From an uncultured bacterium (GTDB lineage Bacteria > Desulfobacterota_D > UBA1144 > Nemesobacterales > UBA2774), in assembly GCA_963705505.1 (NCBI GenBank), contig CAVPJU010000001.1:257678-321677 (forward strand): 64,000 nucleotides of DNA, written 5' to 3'. A program made the translations under genes and the position numbers. Below are positions 40,998-51,739 of this stretch, in pieces (the first letter of the stretch is position 1; each line of letters opens with the position of its first letter). The notes under the pieces are model-generated. The model did not search any database, was not told the origin of the DNA, and saw nothing but the letters and a program-made list of their open reading frames with translations.

Positions 40998-42965
40998 ATG
41001 CTTCGGATGCGTGTAGGAATCGATACCGGGGGGACATTTACGGATTTCGTATTCTTTGACGGCGAGAAAATCCTTACCCATAAAATTCCCTCCACGCCCG
41101 GAGACCCTTCAGTCGCAATAATATCAGGACTTACTCACGTGCTCGGGGATGACCTGTCCGATGTGGAAATCGTTCATGGGACCACAGTCGCGACGAACGC
41201 ACTCCTCGAGCGGAAAGGAGCGCGTATCGCCCTTGTTACAACCCGAGGGTTCGAGGATGTTATAGAGATAGGGAGGCAGAACAGGGGGGAGCTTTATAAT
41301 ATCTTCTGGGACGCTCCCCGTCCCCTTGTGGAAAAAGGGCTCAGGCTGGGGATCGGAGAGCGCACATCATTCAGAGGGGAAATCTTAAAAAAGATAGGGC
41401 GGGATGACCTCAGGAAATTACTCGCAAGGTTGAAAAGAATTAAACCCGAGGGCATAGCCGTTTCCTTTCTTCACTCTTATAGAAATCCTGAAAATGAAAA
41501 TATCGCAGCATATCACTTAAGCATACTCGGGGTCCCGGTGTCTGTATCTTCAAGGATCCTTCCGGAGTTCAGGGAATACGAAAGGACCTCCACCATAGTC
41601 GCCAACGCATACCTTCTCCCCAAAGTGAAATCCTACATGAGCGCGCTTTCCGAAAGCCTGTCATCTAAGGGAGGTAAGGGCGAAAGGATTTCGATCATGC
41701 AGTCAAGCGGCGGGATTATTTCACCCGGGCAGGCGGGAGAAGAGCCGGTCAGGATCCTCCTTTCCGGGCCGGCGGGCGGAGTAGTGGGGGCTTTTAACGT
41801 ATCCCGCCTGATCGGATACGGCAAGGTCATTACTTACGACATGGGCGGGACTTCGACCGATGTCGCACTCTGCGACGGCGGCCCTAAATTCACCACTGAG
41901 ACGAGCATAGACGGTGTCCCGATTAAAATACCCATGATCGATGTGACGACCATAGGCGCCGGAGGAGGGTCTGTCGCATATATCGACTCTGGGGGTGCAC
42001 TGAAGGTCGGTCCGCGGAGCGCAGGCGCCGACCCGGGCCCGGCATGTTATGGGAAAGGCATGGAGCCCGCCGTAACCGACGCCAACCTGGTGCTCGGCAG
42101 AATTAGTCCAACGCGGTTTCTGGGCGGGAGGATGAAAATCTACCCTGAAAAATCGGAAGCCTCTCTCAGGATACTTGCGGGGAAGTTAAAGCTTTCTCTA
42201 CGGGAGCTTGCGGAAGGGATAATAAGCGTAGCGAACGCCAATATGGAAAGGGCTCTCCGCGTTATCTCCATCGGGAAGGGTTATGACCCCAGGGACTTCG
42301 CGCTTCTTTCATTCGGAGGGGCGGGGGGCCTCCATGCATGCGAGCTTGCAGACAGCATGGAGATAAAAACAGTCATTTTTCCGAGGGACCCGGGCGTTCT
42401 TTCGGCGCTCGGGATGCTGATGGCGGATATGTTTAAGGATTACGGCCTTACGTTGTTCCTGGGCGGGAAAGATGCGGAGGTCCCGTTGCTCGAGAAGAAT
42501 TTCCGGGCGCTCGAAGAAAAATCGAAGGCCGACTTCGGCGGCTCTCGGATGAAATTTGAAAGGTTCCTCGATGTGCGGTACAAGAGGCAGGCGCATGAAA
42601 TTATGATCCCTTATAGTAGGGATTTCGTCAGTGAATTTCATCTTACGCACAAGAAGATGTACGGATACATGAAGCCCGAGAGTGAAGTCGAAGTCGTAAC
42701 GCTCCGGTTAAGGGCTCTTGCGGAGAAGAAAAACCTCGATCTCCCCATGCTGGAAAAGAGGAAATCCGCCGTTACTTCGATAAAAGAGAAAATTATTTAT
42801 GGCGGAAAGGAGCTAAGCGTAATCGCATTCGAGCGGGAGAGTTTTTATCCGGGCTTTAAATTTTCAGGGCCTGCGCTCGTATTCGAAGACACGTCCACGC
42901 TCTTTATCGTCCCCGGCTACGGGTGCGAGGTGGATGCATGGGGGAATATTGTGGCACAAATATGA
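40998..42965 (+). CDS. Hydantoinase A / 5-oxoprolinase family protein
   Basis: GIDTGGTFTD, HGTTVATN, LSGPAGG, DMGGTSTD, GPRSAGADPGPACYG. Confidence 0.92.
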   Translation: MLRMRVGIDTGGTFTDFVFFDGEKILTHKIPSTPGDPSVAIISGLTHVLGDDLSDVEIVHGTTVATNALLERKGARIALVTTRGFEDVIEIGRQNRGELYNIFWDAPRPLVEKGLRLGIGERTSFRGEILKKIGRDDLRKLLARLKRIKPEGIAVSFLHSYRNPENENIAAYHLSILGVPVSVSSRILPEFREYERTSTIVANAYLLPKVKSYMSALSESLSSKGGKGERISIMQSSGGIISPGQAGEEPVRILLSGPAGGVVGAFNVSRLIGYGKVITYDMGGTSTDVALCDGGPKFTTETSIDGVPIKIPMIDVTTIGAGGGSVAYIDSGGALKVGPRSAGADPGPACYGKGMEPAVTDANLVLGRISPTRFLGGRMKIYPEKSEASLRILAGKLKLSLRELAEGIISVANANMERALRVISIGKGYDPRDFALLSFGGAGGLHACELADSMEIKTVIFPRDPGVLSALGMLMADMFKDYGLTLFLGGKDAEVPLLEKNFRALEEKSKADFGGSRMKFERFLDVRYKRQAHEIMIPYSRDFVSEFHLTHKKMYGYMKPESEVEVVTLRLRALAEKKNLDLPMLEKRKSAVTSIKEKIIYGGKELSVIAFERESFYPGFKFSGPALVFEDTSTLFIVPGYGCEVDAWGNIVAQI

Positions 42966-43744
42966 TGCTTACGAAATATTTGATCAAATTTGCTAAAGCT
43001 GTAATACCCATTCAGTATCACGGTAAAGCTGCCGAGATATATCAGGACAGAGACAGCATCATGCGTGCGGCTCCCTTTATAGGGATAAAGTTCTTCTGTC
43101 CTTGTTGCGGTTGGTATTTGCGTAAATTTCTTCCGTTCGGCGTTAAATTACGGCCTAACGCCCTTTGTCCGAGATGCCATTCATTGGAGAGACATCGTTT
43201 ATTATGGCTTTATCTTAAGGATAGTACGAATCTGTTTACGGATCATCTTAGGGTTCTGCATTTCGCACCGGAGCACCTTTTTAATAGAGCTTTCAAGTCA
43301 TTGGACAACCTGGATTACACGACTGCTGATTTAGACCCGAATCGCGCAATGATAGAGATGGATATTACAAATATAACTTACGAAGACAATTCGTTTGATG
43401 TTATATTATGCAGCCATGTTTTAGAGCACGTCATGGATGACAAAAAAGCTATGAGTGAGCTGTTCAGGGTTTTAAGTCCGGGAGGATGGGCAATTTTACA
43501 GGTCCCGGTACTGCGTGAAAAAACATATGAAGATCCTGCCGTAGTGGCGCCTGAAGAACGGGAGCGTTTATTTGGTCAGCGGGACCATGTAAGAATATAC
43601 GGTTTGGATTACCGTGATAGACTCGAAAGCGCCGGGTTCAATGTAAAAGTGGATGGATACGTGAGAAAATTGGGGAGTGCTAAAATCAGGAGATATGGTT
43701 TATCGAAGGGCGAAGATATATATTTCTGTACAAAACCTTGTTGA
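42962..43744 (+). CDS. SAM-dependent methyltransferase with CxxC motifs
   Basis: CPCCG, CPRCHSLERHR, LHFAPE, CSHVLEHV. Confidence 0.85.
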   Translation: MMLTKYLIKFAKAVIPIQYHGKAAEIYQDRDSIMRAAPFIGIKFFCPCCGWYLRKFLPFGVKLRPNALCPRCHSLERHRLLWLYLKDSTNLFTDHLRVLHFAPEHLFNRAFKSLDNLDYTTADLDPNRAMIEMDITNITYEDNSFDVILCSHVLEHVMDDKKAMSELFRVLSPGGWAILQVPVLREKTYEDPAVVAPEERERLFGQRDHVRIYGLDYRDRLESAGFNVKVDGYVRKLGSAKIRRYGLSKGEDIYFCTKPC

Positions 43745-43826
43745 AGTCAATTGAGTGATATCCTTCCTGATACTGTTGATATGTGATTATAAACACAAAA
43801 GTCATTTATAGAGGGTATGATAGGCA

Positions 43827-45110
43827 ATGAAAAAAATGGACAATATTATCATAGGTGCGGGCATGACCGGATTGGCGGCAGGCATGGTATCGGGCCTTCC
43901 TGTTTACGAGTCGGAGACCGTTCCGGGGGGAATCTGCTCGTCATATTATTTAACGCCGGGGAGCGGCGAGCGTCTTTATAAATCTCCCGAGGACGGCGAA
44001 GCGTACCGTTTCGAAATAGGCGGGGGACACTGGATATTCGGAGGCGATCCCGCGGTGCTCCATTTCATAAAGTCTCTCGGCCCCGTGAAGTCATATAACA
44101 GGAAATCATCCGTTTATTTCAGCAAGCTGGGTCTTTATGTCCCGTACCCGATACAGAATCACCTGAGCAGCCTCGGTAAGGACATCGCCGCAAAAGCTAT
44201 AAGCGAGATAATAAACGCCCCTGATGGCACCCCTAAAACGATGGCCGACTGGTTGGAGATGAGCTTCGGCAAGACGCTTCTTGAGCTTTTCTTCGCGCCT
44301 TTTCACGAGCTTTACACGGCAGGGTTGTGGACGAGGATCGCTCCCCAGGATTCGTATAAATCCCCCGTAAACCTATCCGTTGCCCTCCAGGGCGCAATCG
44401 ACAAAGCGCCTCCTCCGGTAGGGTATAACGTTACCTATGTTTATCCCAGGGAGGGTTTGAATACACTCGCGCAGAGGATGGCGAAGAAATGCGACGTTAA
44501 CTATGGAAAGCGCGTAGCCAGAATAAGTGTTAAGAAAAAAGAGGTCTTTTTTTCAGACGGCTCGGGCGCTAAATTTGCAAATCTGATATCGACGCTCCCC
44601 CTCAACAAGGCTCTAGAGATGGCGGGCGTAAAAGTTGATGAAAAGCCCGCGAGCTACACCTCCGTCCTCGTTCTGAATATAGGTGCGACAAGGGGAAAGA
44701 AGTGTCCTGAGGACCACTGGCTCTATATACCGGACAGCGATTCTAAATTCCACAGGGTCGGGTTTTACAGCAACGTGGACGCCTCGTTCATGCCGAAATC
44801 CTCGCGGAAGGGCAATGAGCGCGTAAGCATCTATGTGGAAAAGGCTTATCAAAACGGCAAAAAACCGGGGGACAAGGAAATTCGCGCATACTCGGACTCC
44901 GTTGTCGGGGAGCTCAGGTCGTGGGGATTCATTTCTAAGGCCGAAACGGTGGACCCCACGTGGATAGATGTCGCATATACATGGTCTATGCCCGGGTCAA
45001 AGTGGAAGGAGCGCGCTCTCAACGAGCTTGAGAAAAACGGGATTTATCAGATAGGCCGTTACGGACGCTGGATATTTCAGGGCATTGCCGAGTCTATTAA
45101 GGATCATTAA
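43827..45110 (+). CDS. FAD-dependent oxidoreductase (protoporphyrinogen oxidase-like / Glf-like); C-terminus clipped by a short duplication
   Basis: IIGAGMTGL, GGHWIF, IGRYGRW; alternative end at 45150. Confidence 0.8.
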   Translation: MKKMDNIIIGAGMTGLAAGMVSGLPVYESETVPGGICSSYYLTPGSGERLYKSPEDGEAYRFEIGGGHWIFGGDPAVLHFIKSLGPVKSYNRKSSVYFSKLGLYVPYPIQNHLSSLGKDIAAKAISEIINAPDGTPKTMADWLEMSFGKTLLELFFAPFHELYTAGLWTRIAPQDSYKSPVNLSVALQGAIDKAPPPVGYNVTYVYPREGLNTLAQRMAKKCDVNYGKRVARISVKKKEVFFSDGSGAKFANLISTLPLNKALEMAGVKVDEKPASYTSVLVLNIGATRGKKCPEDHWLYIPDSDSKFHRVGFYSNVDASFMPKSSRKGNERVSIYVEKAYQNGKKPGDKEIRAYSDSVVGELRSWGFISKAETVDPTWIDVAYTWSMPGSKWKERALNELEKNGIYQIGRYGRWIFQGIAESIKDH

Positions 45111-45246
45111 GGACGGTTTCTTCATCGGCGGGGCGTTGAGAAAAGGATAAAATGCTTAATAATTAATAAAGATGGATCGAAAGCACGCTTATAATTAGAT
45201 CGTTTCTTGGTAATATTGTAGTGATTTGAAAGTAAACTTGGGATAG

Positions 45247-46665
45247 ATGAATAACCAACCGCAAGTAGCTATTGTTATTGTCAACTGGAACAAAAGAGAT
45301 TGCTTATATAATCTCCTCAAATCTTTAGGGAATATGGCGGATGTGAACTGCGATATAATAGTGGTTGACAACGCCTCGACCGATGATTCTGTACAAATTC
45401 TGAAAAATTCGTTTCCAGATGTATTTCTCCTTGTCAATGAAGAGAATATTGGTGGGGCAGGGGGGTTCAATATAGGAATTAGGCATGCTCTTATGCTACG
45501 AAGGTATAAATATATTTGGTTATTGGATAATGACGCCGAAGTTAAAAGCAATACATTGACGGAATTGGTGGAAGTAATGGAGAACGACAACGATATCGGT
45601 ATTGCGGGTTCTATGATAATTAATCCGGATAATAAGGATTTAATTGTGGAGCTCGGCTTGAACATTGATTGGAATACGGGGATCGTAAAGCCTTTTATGG
45701 AGAACTTCAGTTTATCGGATGTCGAAGACTGTGTATACAAAGTCGATTATGTTCCCGCATGTTCAGCCTTAATCAGAGCAGAAGCGCTAGGTAAAACAAA
45801 TCTAATGGATGAGAGGTATTTTATATGGTGGGATGACACGGATTTAGGATTAAGCATACAAAAAATAGGATATAAAATTGTCGGGGTTACAAAATCAATT
45901 GTATATCATCCCACAGAAAAAGATTGGATTCTTATTAACTATTATAACAATAGGAATGCTTTGCTTGCCTTTTCGAAATTTGCGGAGTTAAAGGATAGAA
46001 TTAAAATTTTTCACAGGATAGCGTCGTATTCTTCCAAGGGGGTATTATTTCATTACCTTACAAATAACAGATTTATGAGCAAACTTCTTTATTATTCTTT
46101 AGCGGATTTTTTTCTAAACAGATGGAAACAATACGGACATGAGTATGGTTCCGATTTAAAAGCGCTCGATCATAGCCAAAAACAGAAGTTAACCGTCGAA
46201 GATGGTACTAAAATCATTATTCTGCCAACCGGCAATTTAGCCAAGATAACGAAATGTGTTGATTTAATAAGAAATAGCGGTGCCAAATGTTCCATCGCGC
46301 TACTTATTCAAGAGTACAGAAAAAGTCTCTTCGAGGACTTAACTCTTGATGATTTTATTTTATACGATGATAAAAAGAGGCATATTGTTATTGAGCATAT
46401 CAGGGTTTTTTCCCGGTTGTTGTTTAGAAATTTTGATATAGCTATAATGCCGAGCAAGGATACGGATTCGCCATTCGGGTATATTGCAAAAAAATATTAT
46501 GTGTATGATGTTGAAAACAACGCGATTAATTTTAAAGGAAAGAGAATAGATCTATGGAAAGTGATTATTGCAACTATTTTCGGGGAGTTAATAGCTCTCC
46601 CTTTGACATTCTTTCTTCTGATTAAATCTCATAAATATAATAATGAAGAAAAATTCTCTGAATAA
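45247..46665 (+). CDS. Glycosyltransferase family 2
   Basis: VAIVIVNWN, VVDNASTD, WLLDND, WDDTD. Confidence 0.9.
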   Translation: MNNQPQVAIVIVNWNKRDCLYNLLKSLGNMADVNCDIIVVDNASTDDSVQILKNSFPDVFLLVNEENIGGAGGFNIGIRHALMLRRYKYIWLLDNDAEVKSNTLTELVEVMENDNDIGIAGSMIINPDNKDLIVELGLNIDWNTGIVKPFMENFSLSDVEDCVYKVDYVPACSALIRAEALGKTNLMDERYFIWWDDTDLGLSIQKIGYKIVGVTKSIVYHPTEKDWILINYYNNRNALLAFSKFAELKDRIKIFHRIASYSSKGVLFHYLTNNRFMSKLLYYSLADFFLNRWKQYGHEYGSDLKALDHSQKQKLTVEDGTKIIILPTGNLAKITKCVDLIRNSGAKCSIALLIQEYRKSLFEDLTLDDFILYDDKKRHIVIEHIRVFSRLLFRNFDIAIMPSKDTDSPFGYIAKKYYVYDVENNAINFKGKRIDLWKVIIATIFGELIALPLTFFLLIKSHKYNNEEKFSE

Positions 46666-48073
46666 ACCGCCTAAAGTAGCTATCGTAATTCCCGTATACA
46701 ACCGCAGTAAAGATTTACAAGCTCTGTTAAATTCTGTTTTTGAACTCGACTTCATAAATTTTGATGTGATAGTTGTTGATAACGGTTCTATCGACGGTGT
46801 AGATAAGGTTGCGGAATTATACCCTCAAATACGGATATTGAGGAATGACAGGAATTACGGTGCTACGGTAGGATTCAATACCGGTCTTAAATACGCCGGT
46901 TCTACTGATTTGTATAAGTATGTCTGGATGCTTGATTCGGATTTGATTGTAGGAAGTGGGAGCTTGTCAGCTCTCATCAACGTAGTGGAGGCGGATCAAG
47001 GAGTAGGCATCGCGGGACCAAAAATTCTAAATAATGCGGATAGAAACTTAATTGTTGAGGTTGGTGCTAAAATAGATTTGGGGTCGGGACAAGTTTTCCC
47101 GTTGTTTTGCAATGAGCCGGATTTTGAAAGCAATGAGATATTTGAAGTGGACTATGTTGGCTCCGGAATTTCATTAATCAGGGTCGAGGCGTTTAAAAAG
47201 GTAGGGATTATGGATGAAAGGTATTTCTTTCTGTGGGACGATATGGATTACGGGCTTGCTATGAAGAGAAAGGGATATAGAGTGGTAGCTGTGCCGAAAG
47301 CAGTTGTTTACCACCCGCCGTTTACTGAGAAGAGGGGTGCTGCTGTTAATGCATATTACGGAATAAAGAGTCCTCTTTTAACGATTAGCAAATATTCGGA
47401 TTCTGTATCCAGGCTAAAATGCGTTTACAGTATGCTTCGAACTGTATTAAAAGGTGCCGTCTATAGATATTTAAGCGGTTATGGAGATCTTGCAAAATTA
47501 AGCATATATGCACTCCGGGATTTCAATAATAATAAGTGGGGAGAATTCAACGGATTCAAGACTTATATTGGTAGTAAAGATACTGGTAAATTAATGCGGA
47601 AATGGAGTGTGAATCAAGACGTAAAAAAGGTAATAATCCTACCCTCAGGTTCGGATAAAGACATCGCACAAGTTATAGACTTTGTCAGGTCGGGGAGCCC
47701 TGAAGCAAAACTGGTACTGGTTATACAGAGTTATAGAAAACATTTATTTGAACAAATGAGAATCGATGAATTTCTAATATATGACGATAAGAGTAAGTAT
47801 TTGTTATTTGAACATTTCTTGCTGTTTTCCAGACTGATGAAGACAAACGCAGATATCATAGTGAATACTTGTCCGGAGCGAGGCTCCCCTTTTACATACG
47901 CTAAGAGAAAAGTTATTGATTGGAACAAGGAGAGGAAATGTTTCTTTGAGAGCTCGGAGGATATTTATTCTCTTTGGAAGCTGCCTGTATCTGTTTTATT
48001 GGGGGAATTTCTTGCTTTGGTAGTTTGTCCGTCTATTTATTTTGCATCTTTCAAATATAAAGTAAAAGACTAA
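46643..48073 (+). CDS. Glycosyltransferase family 2 (paralog of upstream gene)
   Basis: VAIVIPVYN, VVDNGS, WMLDSD, WDDMD; shared C-terminal domain. Confidence 0.9.
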   Translation: MKKNSLNKPPKVAIVIPVYNRSKDLQALLNSVFELDFINFDVIVVDNGSIDGVDKVAELYPQIRILRNDRNYGATVGFNTGLKYAGSTDLYKYVWMLDSDLIVGSGSLSALINVVEADQGVGIAGPKILNNADRNLIVEVGAKIDLGSGQVFPLFCNEPDFESNEIFEVDYVGSGISLIRVEAFKKVGIMDERYFFLWDDMDYGLAMKRKGYRVVAVPKAVVYHPPFTEKRGAAVNAYYGIKSPLLTISKYSDSVSRLKCVYSMLRTVLKGAVYRYLSGYGDLAKLSIYALRDFNNNKWGEFNGFKTYIGSKDTGKLMRKWSVNQDVKKVIILPSGSDKDIAQVIDFVRSGSPEAKLVLVIQSYRKHLFEQMRIDEFLIYDDKSKYLLFEHFLLFSRLMKTNADIIVNTCPERGSPFTYAKRKVIDWNKERKCFFESSEDIYSLWKLPVSVLLGEFLALVVCPSIYFASFKYKVKD

Positions 48074-48080
48074 GCACTAA

Positions 48081-49171
48081 CTACAAATAAGACTCGGCAA
48101 TTTTTATCATCTTTTGCATTTTGTCGATTAGCATGTGGTCTTTCTTCATGCGGTCATACATCCTGTCAATCAACGTATGGTCTTTTTTTACACGGTCATG
48201 ACCTGCGCGCGCAATCTCCTCTCGCTTCTCGCTATTTTCAAGATAATACTCGACTTTTCTTCTCAAGTCGTCTTTGCTTGTGAAGGTAACGACTTCTTTT
48301 CCGACCTCGAAGTATTTCCCGATATCCCTTTTATCGTCAACCATCTGAAGGGCGTTACAGGCGGGTATCTCGAAAAGCCTGTAGTTTCCTCCGCTCTCTT
48401 CGAAATCCCGGTGTATGTTGAGGACTATTTTCGATGACTTGAAGACCTTAATTAAACTTTCACCATAGGCGACTCCCCTGTGAAATTTTTTTAATGGAGT
48501 ATCATAATCGCCGATATTCCAGCTCCAAATACCGAGGTTAAAGTCGGAGAGCGCTCCTAAGTACTCCTCCCGGTGCTCGTCGAATAACCCCACGAAGGAG
48601 ACATCCACTGCGTTTTCTTTTCTGAATTCCTCATCAGGCTCTATGCTATCGTAATAATCGACGTCGCAGCCGAGAGGGACTGTACGGAGGTTGTGTATCC
48701 CCAAATACTGATTGTAATAGTCTATGTAGGTCGGGTCATAAATAAGGGTAAAGTCTGAGGAGCGTAATAGCTTATGTATCCCCGGGGATACCTAGAAGGA
48801 TGAATCCCTAACCATGTTACGACGCGGGTGCCTCTACGTTTAATCCTCGTGATAATTAACGGCAGATAGTATGTATCGAGCGGGTGTATGAATAGTAGAT
48901 CAGGGTTATAATCTTTAACCTCCTGATATAGTTGATTCATCAGCAGTGAATCGTGTGGGATGTCTGCAAGCCACTTCCGCCGTCTTCTGAACTCAAGAAA
49001 TATATTTTCTACGAACTTCCACATAATAGGGTCATAGATACTTTCCGTCGTTTGGACTAGTCGAACGTCGTGACCTAGAGTTTTTGCCGCTTTTGCTAAA
49101 CCTGTTGCATACTGGCTTATGAAAAAAGTGTATTTATGGAAAGTAACAGGTGCCGCAAATAGGATTTTCAT
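48081..49171 (-). pseudogene. CgeB-like glycosyltransferase split by a 1-bp frameshift near 48793
   Basis: Frames join as LGIHPS/VSPGIHKLL...YDPTYIDYY...VPLGCD; C-terminal SKIVLNIH, NYRLFEIPAC. Confidence 0.75.
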
Positions 49172-50562
49172 TCTATATCGATTTTCTTAAGTCTTTTTCC
49201 TGTTAATACGGAGAATAGAGAATAAAATGTGTGAAATGCAAGATAAGCAAGTAATGAACAATAAAGTAAAATGAATTTTAGTTTTACGAAGCAGAATTTT
49301 AGTATGTTTTTTCTGATTTCTGATGCCGGACTGAATAATTCTTTCATAATTGTTTTTGTTTTAGTCCATAATCCTTCTTTGTTGATCCGGCCCAGATTCC
49401 TGATTCTTTCTCTTATTATTTTGAGTTGATTCTCAGACAAGCCGGATACGGGAAGCCTATTTTCAAGAAGGCTTTTAAATAGCTCTTCCAGGTTGTCCAT
49501 TTCGATTTTACGGTCGTAATAGGTCTGCACGTGTCTTCTGGCGGCCTTCCCCATCTTGATCCTGAGCTCGGGATTTGCAACCAGCTCTTTTAATCGCTGG
49601 GCCATGGCCGGTATATCCTTTTCTGGGACTAAGAAACCGGTTTCACCATCGTTTACGATTTCCGGTATTCCGGTATGTATCGTTGAGACTATGGGAAGCC
49701 CTGTGGCTTCTGCCTCCAGGATCGAAACGGGTGAGCCCTCCCTGTCTCCGTTTTCCGCAGTTAATGAGGGGAGGAAAAAAATATCGGCCTCGGCGATTTC
49801 TTTTAAGACGATCGATTGGGGCTGTCCCCCCAATAACAGGACCTTGCCGTCGAGGTTCAGCTTACGTATAAGGTCGTTGACTTCATCTTTAAGGGGTCCG
49901 TCGCCTATCATTCTTAGCTCGATATCGGGAATTTCTCCGAGGACTCTATTAAATGCCTTTATAGCATAAGTCGCCCCCTTCTTCTCTACTAATCTCCCTA
50001 TGAAGAGAATTTTTACTTTTCCGCTTGGTTTTCTTTCAATAAGACTGAATTTTGATGTATCTATCCCGTACCTTATTATCTCGATGTTGGCTCCAGTTTT
50101 CTCCCCCAAGAGTTTCGATAAATAATCTTTATTATAATTTGTTGTAGTAATTACCTTTGCGGCATTTCCAAATTTTTCTTTCAGGTCCTCGACGTCGGGA
50201 TTTATATATATGTCGTATGCGTGTGCGGTAATGACGAACGGTATACCTGAAGCTCTTGAGATTTTTAAAGCCCAGGCCGCCGGATGCGCTGCAAAATGCG
50301 CGTGGATAATATCCGTGAAGATTAAGGAAGATATGAGTTTCTCGTCGAGTTCAAAACCGAGGTCTGACGGGTTTTTATATATGTAATGAGTTTTTTCTAA
50401 AAGCTTATATTTGTTTATATCCTCGTGGAAGGCTTCTTCAATTGGCTTGTTTATGGATATGACCTCGACGTCATGTCCCCTGTCGATTAAGTCCGTTATC
50501 TGCCCTAAGATAAATGTCTCCGAAAGTTTTGGAAAAAAGTTGACGATATATGCGACCTTCAT
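49168..50562 (-). CDS. Glycosyltransferase family 4
   Basis: FPKLSETFI, IHAHFA, GRLVEKKG, EGSPVSILEA. Confidence 0.9.
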   Translation of the reverse strand: MKVAYIVNFFPKLSETFILGQITDLIDRGHDVEVISINKPIEEAFHEDINKYKLLEKTHYIYKNPSDLGFELDEKLISSLIFTDIIHAHFAAHPAAWALKISRASGIPFVITAHAYDIYINPDVEDLKEKFGNAAKVITTTNYNKDYLSKLLGEKTGANIEIIRYGIDTSKFSLIERKPSGKVKILFIGRLVEKKGATYAIKAFNRVLGEIPDIELRMIGDGPLKDEVNDLIRKLNLDGKVLLLGGQPQSIVLKEIAEADIFFLPSLTAENGDREGSPVSILEAEATGLPIVSTIHTGIPEIVNDGETGFLVPEKDIPAMAQRLKELVANPELRIKMGKAARRHVQTYYDRKIEMDNLEELFKSLLENRLPVSGLSENQLKIIRERIRNLGRINKEGLWTKTKTIMKELFSPASEIRKNILKFCFVKLKFILLYCSLLAYLAFHTFYSLFSVLTGKRLKKIDIE

Positions 50563-50613
50563 CCGCCGAAAGCTCCTGAGTTAGTTAAGAGATCTATAGG
50601 CATGTTTATCTGT

Positions 50614-51288
50614 TTAATCCTGGTGCTTTTTTCCCCCTATAATTATATGTTCATCAGCTCCGTACTTTATATATGGTTCTAAACGGACTATAAATTTATA
50701 TATGAGGAACTTTCTTCTTAAGTTGTTAGGAGTCATTACGGATGGATAAATTAATCTGGTGAGAAAATTAAAGTAGCCGCTGGTTTTTTCATTCGTTAGG
50801 TTGTGTGCATTGAGTAATGCTTCTATCCGGTTTATTGAATAACCAGGACGGACATGCCCCCAGCCTTTATTAATTTCCAGCGATTTTTCTCTGTCCAAAA
50901 GGGGGAAGGAAACCCCGTTTTCCTTAGGAGTAGTTAGAATAAACCTGCCGTCTTTTCTCAAGACTCTCGAAATTTCCTCGATCACTTTACTGTCATCGTC
51001 TATATGCTCTATAAGATCGAGGCAAAGAACGGCGTCTATTTTACCGTCTCCTACCGGAAGATTTAGAGCTGAGCCGTAGATAGCATTTAAGTTCTTTTGT
51101 TTTGCCTTAACCAGTCCCGACATATCCAAATCTATAAGTATTATATTAATGTTTGGATACATTTGAGTTAGTTTGTTCGAGGTGAATCCGTCGTAGGATC
51201 CGATATCGAGAACGATAGAATTATTCTTTATCTCAGATTTGAGAATTTTTTTTAATGCATGCCACCTTAGTAAAGTTCCTGGTCTCAT
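50614..51288 (-). CDS. Class I SAM-dependent methyltransferase
   Basis: VLDIGSYDG, LDLIEHI, HVRPGY. Confidence 0.85.
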   Translation of the reverse strand: MRPGTLLRWHALKKILKSEIKNNSIVLDIGSYDGFTSNKLTQMYPNINIILIDLDMSGLVKAKQKNLNAIYGSALNLPVGDGKIDAVLCLDLIEHIDDDSKVIEEISRVLRKDGRFILTTPKENGVSFPLLDREKSLEINKGWGHVRPGYSINRIEALLNAHNLTNEKTSGYFNFLTRLIYPSVMTPNNLRRKFLIYKFIVRLEPYIKYGADEHIIIGGKKHQD

Positions 51289-51411
51289 TTAAAAATATTT
51301 TGTCTTAAGTTCTTTTCTGTTGGGGGTTTGATTAGCACAGCATAATTTTTTGGCTCCGGAGTGGGTCACTTCGTTTCTTTAAAAATGTCGCGGGGTCTTA
51401 TGTATAGTCTA

Positions 51412-51681
51412 CTATTGATTTGCAAGGCTTTTCAAATAAACGAACGGCATGAGGATTAAGGCGAGCAATTCCGCCGCCGAAGACGACACGAATAATTTCC
51501 AGTAAGCGGACAAGTCCTCTTTAGCTTTTGACAAAGCAATCTCGCTTGGGTCGTAAGGATAATATTTTTAACCGAATAAGAGAAGGGAAGCATCGAGTGG
51601 GTGGGGCTGATACAGAAGTCATAATTGTACTCGAGAATACTTTGTCGCCATAACTATTGCAACTTTCGGATTTTCACTCAT
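51412..51681 (-). pseudogene. Internally deleted GT2 paralog (N-terminal codons joined to C-terminal domain)
   Basis: MSENPKVAIV resembles starts of 45247/46643 genes; YDFCISP...PFSY / KYYPYD...YWKLFVS...ELLALIL resembles their C-termini. Confidence 0.75.
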
Positions 51682-51739
51682 CAGATTTCTAATTACCCGG
51701 CGTCGAATTCGATCCCTATTATAGCCTAAAGTCCGCTGT

